A stretch of 64,000 bases of DNA from assembly GCA_963702845.1 (NCBI GenBank), contig OY969763.1:4672001-4736000 (forward strand). Reading direction: 5' to 3'. Positions within the stretch are counted from its first letter, which is position 1. The number at the start of each line of letters is the position of its first letter. Shown piece by piece: positions 57,222 to 64,000 of this stretch. The position numbers and the translations under genes were made by a program. The notes under the pieces are model-generated. The model was not told the DNA's origin. It searched no databases and worked only from the letters and a program-made list of their open reading frames with translations. The stretch comes from an uncultured Verrucomicrobiae bacterium. GTDB lineage: Bacteria; Verrucomicrobiota; Verrucomicrobiia; Limisphaerales; Palsa-1400.

Positions 57222-57948
57222 ATGGCCAGCACCAGTCATGGGCCCTTGGGCAAGCTTCCGACCCAACCAGTCGACATGCTGGTCTGCTTCGCCGTCAAAG
57301 AAGAAGCCAAGTTTTTCTCGCCATTGCGCGAAGTCCGTGTCGCCAAAGGCGCCCGCGAAGAAGTCCGCATGCGCGCCTTCTGCCAGGTCTGGATCACCGG
57401 CATGGGCCGCACCAACGCCGCCCGCAGCATCCGCGAAGCAATCGCCAAAGTGAAACCCGAGCGCGTCATCACCGCAGGTTTCGCCGGCGGGCTCAATCCG
57501 AAAGCTCAAAGCCGGCGACATCCTCTACGACGAAGATTTCGACGCCGGCCTCGCCAACCAATTGGAAGACCTCGGCGCAATTTCAGCGAAATTTTGCTGT
57601 CACCGCCGCGTCGCTATCACCACCGAAGAAAAATTCAACTTGTGGCAGGAAACCAGTGCCGACGCCGTCGAAATGGAATCCTCCGTTATCCGCACCATCT
57701 GCAAAGAATTTAGAATTCCCAGCGCCACTGTTCGTGTTATCTCTGATGACGCCCACCAGGATCTCCCGCTCGATTTCAACGCGCTCATGACCTCCGAAGA
57801 CAGGATCGATTATCCGAAATTGATTTGGACCGTGTTGAGTCGCCCCAGCCGAATTCCAAAACTCATGGAATTCCAACGCCAAACCATCGCCGCCTCACAA
57901 AAATTGGGATCAGTCCTACAAGACCTGTTGCGCGGCGAACGTTCCTAG
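57222..57948 (+). CDS. Nucleoside phosphorylase family protein (HpnG-like); frameshift near 57510
   Basis: CFAVKEE, TGMG, AGFAGGLNP then AVEMES, VRVISD..QDLP; hopanoid genes nearby. Confidence 0.78.
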
Positions 57949-57950
57949 GG

Positions 57951-59111
57951 TCAAGGAACCAACAACGTCACGCGATAATATCTCGCGCTCGTGTCCGGAG
58001 TATCATCCACCGTAATAACCCCACTAATCGAAGCATAATCCCCAATCACCGTCCATCCCGTCGAAAAATCATTCCGCGACTCCAGCCGGTACGTCCTCTG
58101 GTTCGCCGCCGTCCACGTCAGCTCAACCTGCGCCGGTGGCCCGACTAATTTCACACTCAAAAACTTCGGCAAATTCGGCAACACAAAACCCGCATTATCA
58201 ATCACCCCGGGTGCGTTCGCATAATCCGCAAACGCAATCTGCGACAACTGACTCGCCGACAATCCATTGCTGTCCACGCCAAACCGCAGCTTGTCATGTC
58301 CCAAGGTAAAATTGGTAATCGTCAGCGTATCCGTGCTCCAGTCTTCAGCATGACTATCCGTAAACTGCAACGTGCTGTTCCCATTCCCAAAATCAATCGT
58401 GCGCGCCAACGACGGAGTCGGCCCTGTCATCGCGAGCGTCCCCAGGTTCTGACTAAATCCACCCGTCCCAAATGTCGGCGGCGTATCCGTAAAATTATCC
58501 GTCCCGCCATTGCCCAAAACGAGCCTAGTCGTCGAAGGCAGCCGATTATTTCCGCCGAGTTGCAACACACCACCTTCAATCGTCGTATCCCCGCTGTAAG
58601 TATTCGTTCCGCCAAGAATCACCGTCCCTAACTTATATTTGTGTAAAGCATCCGTCGTCCCCGGCGGATTTTGAAGTGACACATTCACTCTCGCCACATG
58701 TCCAGGCAGCACTGAAATGTGATTCGTCCCATGCGTGATCAACAACGGCGCGCCAGCAATCGTCACCGTCCCATCATCGAAATGCATATCACGAACCGTA
58801 ATCGACCCATTGTTTGTCGAAACCGTAATCGTGTAAGCGCCCGTCGCGTCACCCCCATTGGAAAACGCAACGTTACTGTCCTGTGGATACGCCGCAGGGT
58901 TGCCGCTGCCATCATCAGTGGTGCCGTTATCAGACCAATTCGCCGACGTTGCATCCCACGTGCCCGACGGCGCATTGCCAGCACCCGTGGCGCTGCCATT
59001 GCCATCCCAATAATAAATCGCGCGCGCACTTGGCCCGATCAGGCAAATGGACACAAAGAGGATGCAAGCTGTAGACAATCCGAGACCGCGTTGGAAAGGT
59101 CGTTGGGACAT
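57951..59111 (-). CDS. Secreted protein with autotransporter-associated beta-strand repeat and YYR C-terminal domain
   Basis: Signal ...PSARA|IYYWDGNG..GTWD...NW; LHKYKLGTVILGGTNTYSGDTTIEGGVL; ends SARYYRVTLLVP. Confidence 0.85.
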   Translation of the reverse strand: MSQRPFQRGLGLSTACILFVSICLIGPSARAIYYWDGNGSATGAGNAPSGTWDATSANWSDNGTTDDGSGNPAAYPQDSNVAFSNGGDATGAYTITVSTNNGSITVRDMHFDDGTVTIAGAPLLITHGTNHISVLPGHVARVNVSLQNPPGTTDALHKYKLGTVILGGTNTYSGDTTIEGGVLQLGGNNRLPSTTRLVLGNGGTDNFTDTPPTFGTGGFSQNLGTLAMTGPTPSLARTIDFGNGNSTLQFTDSHAEDWSTDTLTITNFTLGHDKLRFGVDSNGLSASQLSQIAFADYANAPGVIDNAGFVLPNLPKFLSVKLVGPPAQVELTWTAANQRTYRLESRNDFSTGWTVIGDYASISGVITVDDTPDTSARYYRVTLLVP

Positions 59112-59177
59112 GCAAGAACTCTGCCATTCGTAATAAATCAGTCAAGCGCATTGAGCGCCCCGTACGCATATTTCCGC

Positions 59178-59224
59178 GTATCGCAGGTTTCCAAACCTGC
59201 CGTATCGCCGACTTCCAAGTCGGC
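59178..59224 (+). repeat. Tandem REP-like hairpin doublet
   Basis: GTATC-GCAGGTT-TCCA-AACCTGC and GTATC-GCCGACT-TCCA-AGTCGGC: same head and loop, different but perfectly paired stems. Confidence 0.75.
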
Positions 59225-59293
59225 AGGGCATCAAAACGCAAACAGTCCCGTAATTTTCGTCCACCCTCACCTTCAAAACCGCACTGCCCAAGC

Positions 59294-60979
59294 TTGAGTT
59301 TCCCAAAACTTTCGACAGCTTTAAGGCCATTGAAACCGCGTGCTCAACTCAACTGGCCACGCCTGCTCGCCGCCTTCACCACCGGCCTGCTTCTCGCCGC
59401 CGCATTTCCTAGCCTGAATCTGACCATCGCCGCCTGGATCGCCCCCGGCCTCATGCTCTGGGCGTGCTGCAACGATTCTTCACAATTCCGCCTCGGTTAC
59501 ATCGCCGGCCTGGGCCGCTGGCTCGGTTCAATTTACTGGCTCCTCTTCATCCCGTTTCATTGGCATGCCGTCACAGGCTTCCTCGCCCTCGCCTCCGTCC
59601 TCGCCCTGTTCACCGCCGCATGGTGCCGGATCTGTTTAAAAACTCTCGGCCCAAACGAAGGCTCCTTCTCCGATCGTCTCAGCAAATTAACATTAAAAAA
59701 ACAAATCCTCTGGCCCGCCCTCTGCGCAGCAACCTGGGTCGCAATCGAAATGGGAACCGCCCGCGTCTTCACCGGCTTTCCCTGGAACATCCTCGGAGCA
59801 TCGCAATTTCACTGCGTATCCCTGATCCAAATCGCGTCCTTCACCGGCGTCTACGGCATTTCATTCCTCGTCGTCTGGACCTCCGTCGCGCTCGCAACCG
59901 CCGTCGCACTCAAAACTCCTCGCCGCGCCAGCCTAGCTTTGATCCCACCGCTCGTCGCCACACTCGCCGCCATGATTTACGGGCAAATCTCCCTAACTGC
60001 TCCCGAACCCATCTCCAAAAAAATCAAAATTGCACTCGTCCAACCCTCCATTCCTCAACCCACCATCTGGGACGCCAACGAAAAAACAAACCGCTTTCTG
60101 AAGCTAGTGGCCCTTTCAAAACAAGCCCTCGAAACATCTCCCGATCTGCTCGTCTGGCCCGAAACCGCCATGCCCGACATCTTCACGCGCAACAAATTCA
60201 CCCAGGACATCGTCTCCGGCCTGGTAAAATCAAAAAAGGTTTGGATGGTCATGGGTGCCAGCGATTCGCGCCCGAAATTAAACGGCGCACCCGCTGATCT
60301 CGATTGGGCCAACAGTGCGTTCCTCATTTCGCCCGCCGGCGACCTCGCCTCACGCTACAACAAAAAACACCTCGTCATCTTCGGCGAGTACATGCCGCTC
60401 GCGGACATCTTCCCGTTCCTCGCAAAACTCCGTTCCTCAGGCGCAGGACTCGCCGCCGGAACCAAAAACATCACCTTCACCACCTCCGCACCCTCCGCCC
60501 ATTTCCCGGTGGTCATCTGTTACGAAGACATGTTTCCTCACGAAGTCCGCGACCGCGTAAATAACGAAACCGATTTCATTCTCAACCTCACCAACGACGG
60601 CTGGTTCGGCGAGAGCAACGTCCAATGGCAACACGCCATCAACGCTTTATTTCGCGCCGTCGAAAACGGAATTCCCCTCGTGCGTTGCACGAACAACGGC
60701 CTAACCTGTTGGATCGATGCCCACGGCCGTCTACACGAAATCTATTTCAACGGCTCGACGAACATTCATCAACCCGGCTGGAAAATCGCTGAAGTCCCGC
60801 TTCGTCCACCAAACCTACCCGCCACTTTCTACACCAAACATGGGGACGTTTTCGGCTGGGCCTGTGTCGCCTTTGCAATTATCGGTTGCGCCATGTTAAG
60901 TCGCGCTACTGCGACTGACTCGTCGCAACCGAAGCCACCTTCGCCGTCTGTTCCTTCTCGTGCTCGCTGTAGCTCGTAA
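59294..60979 (+). CDS. lnt: Apolipoprotein N-acyltransferase (exact start uncertain, TTG 59294 or 59330)
   Basis: TGFPWNILG, GVYGISFL, VQPSI, VWPET, YNKKHLVIFGEY, ICYED, TNDGWFG, RAVENG, NNG. Confidence 0.95.
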   Translation: MSFPKLSTALRPLKPRAQLNWPRLLAAFTTGLLLAAAFPSLNLTIAAWIAPGLMLWACCNDSSQFRLGYIAGLGRWLGSIYWLLFIPFHWHAVTGFLALASVLALFTAAWCRICLKTLGPNEGSFSDRLSKLTLKKQILWPALCAATWVAIEMGTARVFTGFPWNILGASQFHCVSLIQIASFTGVYGISFLVVWTSVALATAVALKTPRRASLALIPPLVATLAAMIYGQISLTAPEPISKKIKIALVQPSIPQPTIWDANEKTNRFLKLVALSKQALETSPDLLVWPETAMPDIFTRNKFTQDIVSGLVKSKKVWMVMGASDSRPKLNGAPADLDWANSAFLISPAGDLASRYNKKHLVIFGEYMPLADIFPFLAKLRSSGAGLAAGTKNITFTTSAPSAHFPVVICYEDMFPHEVRDRVNNETDFILNLTNDGWFGESNVQWQHAINALFRAVENGIPLVRCTNNGLTCWIDAHGRLHEIYFNGSTNIHQPGWKIAEVPLRPPNLPATFYTKHGDVFGWACVAFAIIGCAMLSRATATDSSQPKPPSPSVPSRARCSS

Positions 60980-61334
60980 GCAATGCCCCAATTGCGATCA
61001 GCATCACGCCACCCCAACGAATCGCCGAAACATTTTCATGCAGAATAAATTTCGCCGCCAGCGTCGTAATAATAAAACCCAACGATGTCAGCGGCCAAAT
61101 TAAGCTCACATCCTTTTGCGAAAGCATATAGCACAGCGCCCCAAAAAAAATCGCCTCCAGAAACACGCCGAACACAATTTTCCCATTCGTCGCGCCTTCG
61201 ACAATAACGCGTCCAATCTCGCCGGCGCTAACCGTTTTGATGCCGTGCAACTCCTTCAATCCACCCGCTAGAAAGGCAACGCCAATCGATTCGATGATCG
61301 CGGCCACAATAAGAATAACGAAAATTTTCAGCAT
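60906..61334 (-). CDS. Small DMT/EamA-like membrane protein (4 TM), copy 2
   Basis: DVSLIWPLTSLGFII...FILHENVSAIRWGGVMLIAIG. Confidence 0.85.
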   Translation of the reverse strand: MLKIFVILIVAAIIESIGVAFLAGGLKELHGIKTVSAGEIGRVIVEGATNGKIVFGVFLEAIFFGALCYMLSQKDVSLIWPLTSLGFIITTLAAKFILHENVSAIRWGGVMLIAIGALLTSYSEHEKEQTAKVASVATSQSQ

Positions 61335-61338
61335 ACTA

Positions 61339-61767
61339 TTATAAATGTCGCACGGACGCTGTGGGTGCAGTTTTCGCCGCCTGCTCCTTTTGATGCTCGC
61401 TGTAGCTGGTCAGCGCCGCGCCGATCGCTATCAGCAAGACTCCACCCCATCGCATGGCAGACACCCGCTCGCGCAGGATAAACTTCGCACTTACCGTCGT
61501 TACAATAAAACCCAACGAAGTCAGTGGCCAGACAAGACTCACGTCCTTTTGCGAAAGCATGTAGCACAGCGCGCCAAAGAAAACCGCCTCAAGAAAAACC
61601 CCGCAGAGGATTCTTCCGTTCCTCAGAATTTCTAGAAAAATCCGCCAAATCTCGGAGATGCTGATGGTTTTAATGCCATCAAGCTCTTTTAAGCCACTTC
61701 CTAGACAAGCAACGGCAATCGATTCGATGATCGCGCCCACGAATAGTATAATAATTATTTTCGCCAC
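61339..61767 (-). CDS. Small DMT/EamA-like membrane protein (4 TM), copy 1
   Basis: GTG start; DVSLVWPLTSLGFIV...FILRERVSAMRWGGVLLIAIG. Confidence 0.85.
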   Translation of the reverse strand: MAKIIIILFVGAIIESIAVACLGSGLKELDGIKTISISEIWRIFLEILRNGRILCGVFLEAVFFGALCYMLSQKDVSLVWPLTSLGFIVTTVSAKFILRERVSAMRWGGVLLIAIGAALTSYSEHQKEQAAKTAPTASVRHL

Positions 61768-61768
61768 A

Positions 61769-62587
61769 CTATAAATCCCCGTAACGAATCAATTCGATGT
61801 TGAGTTCTCGCACGAGCGCTTTTGTCTTCGGGCTGACCAGGGCGTCGAACTCATTCTTAAACTGGTCAAGAGAGGGATGCGAGTAAAGTTCTGAAACCCC
61901 TGAAGGTAAATCCGGCAATAGCTTAGTCACATAATCCTCATCGACCCGCGCATTTTGCAACAATCCAAAAACCGCATCCGTATGGGCGAAGTTTTTCCGC
62001 TCAAATGTCGAGCGTTCCCACGCCGACAAAAACTTAAAAATGATCGTGTGGCCAATCCGATAAATCCATTCACCTGATGCTATTCGCGCATTCAGAAAAA
62101 ACCGATCATTCGTCAACCGCATCCGCCGGATACGAAACCGCTCCGCATTTTCGACGAGAATCGAAAAAATCGCAGGGTGCATGTGCAAATGTAGATGCCC
62201 ATTCACATGATCCAGTGGCAGCCCGGTTGCATGAAACTTCTCAAACTGCGCCGTGATCTCATCGCGCAGTTGCCGCCGACAAGCCGGTGAAAAAAAGTAA
62301 CGCATCCCCGCCGATGCCGGATTATTCGTAAATTCCCCCTTCGCATCGACCAAATTGGGGATCCTCTCCGGCGGCAACACAGATTTCCCGCACACAGTCG
62401 TCAGATGCAAACCAACCCCGAGCTTCGGATTCTCACGCGCAAGCTCCACCGCCTCATCAAAACCGACCTCATTCACCATCAAACTCGTCGTCGTGAGAAT
62501 TCCTTCCCGATGCGCCCGAATCACCGCCTGATTAATAGAATGCGACCGCCCAAAATCATCCGCATTAACAATAAGCCGTCGTCGCAT
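61769..62587 (-). CDS. hpnK: Hopanoid biosynthesis-associated deacetylase HpnK (YdjC/ChbG family)
   Basis: LIVNADDFG, GLHL, DHVNGHLHLHMHP, ELYSHP; directly downstream of hpnD. Confidence 0.85.
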   Translation of the reverse strand: MRRRLIVNADDFGRSHSINQAVIRAHREGILTTTSLMVNEVGFDEAVELARENPKLGVGLHLTTVCGKSVLPPERIPNLVDAKGEFTNNPASAGMRYFFSPACRRQLRDEITAQFEKFHATGLPLDHVNGHLHLHMHPAIFSILVENAERFRIRRMRLTNDRFFLNARIASGEWIYRIGHTIIFKFLSAWERSTFERKNFAHTDAVFGLLQNARVDEDYVTKLLPDLPSGVSELYSHPSLDQFKNEFDALVSPKTKALVRELNIELIRYGDL

Positions 62588-62590
62588 TTA

Positions 62591-62621
62591 CTTTAGCGTT
62601 TAGCCTTTAGCCTTCAGCCTT
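62591..62621. repeat. Short heptamer tandem repeat (TTTAGCC-like x4)
   Basis: CTTTAGC GTTTAGC CTTTAGC CTTCAGC in the hpnD-hpnK spacer. Confidence 0.65.
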
Positions 62622-62625
62622 GTCT

Positions 62626-63495
62626 TCACGGCGTCCCATAATTCGGCACCACCGCGCCTCGAAGTATTCTCAGCCACGTCCGGAAAATCAGCGCCAGCTT
62701 CTGCGCCTTCGTCAACCGCGTCGGTTCCGGTCCAAAAACATCAAACCGCGTCCGCTCCAACTTCTGCAACAACCGCCAATAAACCGACCCCATCAACTCC
62801 GCCGCACCCATCGCGCGCCGATCCTCCAGCGGCAACGTCTGTCGCGCCAACTGGTAATACTTGCGCGCCTGCTGCGACACACTCCGTGCCAGCGCTTCGA
62901 ATCGATCCGAATACTCGCCGCGCAAAATCTCCTGCTCCGTCACCTTGAACCGCGCCAGCTCGCTCAACGGCAAATAAATTCGTCCCCGCTCCGCGTCCGT
63001 CTTCACATCGCGCAAAATATTCGTCAACTGCAGCGCCTTCCCGAGGTAAATCGCGTAATCCCGGCACGCCGCATTCGAATAGCCAAAAATCTCAATACTC
63101 AATAAACCCACCACCGACGCCACCCGATAACAATACTGCTCCAGGTCCGCAAAATTCTCGTAACGCTTGATATCCAGATCCATCTCCACGCCCCGAATTA
63201 GCTCGTCGAAATATTCAAACGGCAAATGATAGTGCGCGATGACCGGCTTGAACTCCTTGTTCGTCGAAAACGCAGGAATGCCTCCATCGCACGCGCGCCG
63301 AATATCCTCGCGCCACTTCGCCAGCGCCACCCGCCGTTGCTCCACCGGCACGCTTTCCTCATCCGCCACATCATCCACCTCGCGACAAAACGCATACAGC
63401 GCCGACATCGCGTCGCGCTTCGCCCGCGGCAAAAGCACAAACGCCAGCGCCAGGTTCGACGCACTCTTCCGCGTTATGTTTTTGCTCTCCTGCAT
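62626..63495 (-). CDS. hpnD: Presqualene diphosphate synthase HpnD (squalene/phytoene synthase family)
   Basis: ALYAFCREVDDVAD, GVEMDL, YCYRVASVVGLLSIEIFG, ALQLTNILRDVKTDAERGRIYLP. Confidence 0.87.
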   Translation of the reverse strand: MQESKNITRKSASNLALAFVLLPRAKRDAMSALYAFCREVDDVADEESVPVEQRRVALAKWREDIRRACDGGIPAFSTNKEFKPVIAHYHLPFEYFDELIRGVEMDLDIKRYENFADLEQYCYRVASVVGLLSIEIFGYSNAACRDYAIYLGKALQLTNILRDVKTDAERGRIYLPLSELARFKVTEQEILRGEYSDRFEALARSVSQQARKYYQLARQTLPLEDRRAMGAAELMGSVYWRLLQKLERTRFDVFGPEPTRLTKAQKLALIFRTWLRILRGAVVPNYGTP

Positions 63496-63692
63496 TTGCT
63501 CGCGTGAACTTTAATCACAAACCGACACAAATAAACGAGCACAAAAAAAGGCCGCTTTCTCACAATTCCACCATTGTGCCAAAAAGTGATTGGCAGCGCC
63601 TCCCGGCTTGGTATCGTCCTGCAATACATCCAACACAGCTCGCGCTCGAATCTCTTCCAGCCCGAGTTCAACGTTTAGTGGGATTAAACTCT

Positions 63693-64000
63693 ATGAAAAC
63701 AGGTCTGAAATTTTACTGCGCCGCGATTGTCCTCGCCGCCGCAACCGCTCTCAATACCTTCGCCGCCGTCATTCCCAACGTGAATGTCATAGGGGCCTCC
63801 TCCGAATATGCCGCCGGTCGCGACCAGCGCCGCGGAACCAATGTCCTCGGCGGCATCGGATTGTTCGGTGACATCCATACCGCCGATCCCGCAGGCAACA
63901 TGTGGATGACCTCCGCCACCGCCACCAACGTCGGCGCATTTACAAACGCCTTCCTGACCTTTGATCTCGGTGCAAACTACACGGTCAGCCGCCTCAAAGT
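63693..64000 (+). CDS. Secreted protein, 3'-truncated by window edge (discoidin-like start)
   Basis: MKTGLKFYCAAIVLAAATALNTFA|AVIP...ASSEY...NMWMT...FLTFDLGANYTVSRLK; open to the window end. Confidence 0.7.
   Translation, partial: MKTGLKFYCAAIVLAAATALNTFAAVIPNVNVIGASSEYAAGRDQRRGTNVLGGIGLFGDIHTADPAGNMWMTSATATNVGAFTNAFLTFDLGANYTVSRLK

Noticed and set aside
59111..59126. Good sigma54 match TGGCAGAGTTCTTGCA on the minus strand
   Set aside because: It abuts the ATG at 59111, so the TSS would fall inside the ORF; not listed as a feature unless the true start is a downstream TTG.
63609..63623. sigma54-like TGGTATCGTCCTGCA before the last gene
   Set aside because: GG-GC spacing is 9, not 10, unless a base is missing from the assembly.

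Overview
GC-rich (roughly 55-60%) bacterial chromosomal segment, most likely Verrucomicrobiota subdivision 3 (Pedosphaera-like). This assignment is inferred from the ilvE-mcsA-mcsB-clpC arrangement, an ECF sigma factor with a fused extension, autotransporter-repeat proteins with a shared 'FYR' C-terminus, hopanoid genes and the style of the intergenic repeats. Contents in order: RND efflux pair; a ~4,070-aa surface protein (12 Ig-like plus 23 Cys-rich HYR-like repeats) divergent from a smaller HYR-like protein; ilvE-mcsA-mcsB-clpC; ECF sigma factor; orphan sugar-binding protein; an operon of ABC-2-like permease, three SPFH (HflK/C-like) proteins and a P1B-ATPase; peroxiredoxin; glcD-like oxidase; PolX-PHP; EEP nuclease; Rieske plus cytochrome b/c fusion; sulfatase; receiver protein; a five-gene translationally coupled operon (KamA-type radical SAM aminomutase, PcaI/J-like CoA-transferase, beta-transaminase-like aminotransferase, PcaF-like thiolase); several secreted proteins; an orphan PqqD/RRE; lnt; and hopanoid genes. 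The strongest candidate for an undescribed system is the 44.3-49.8 kb operon. It reads as a complete alpha-amino acid -> beta-amino acid -> beta-keto acid -> CoA thioester -> thiolysis pathway, possibly for 2-aminoadipate. Many single-base frameshifts (mostly 28-40.5 kb) look like long-read indel errors. No rRNA, tRNA, CRISPR or transposase was recognised. All family calls come from motif recognition by eye, with no database searches.
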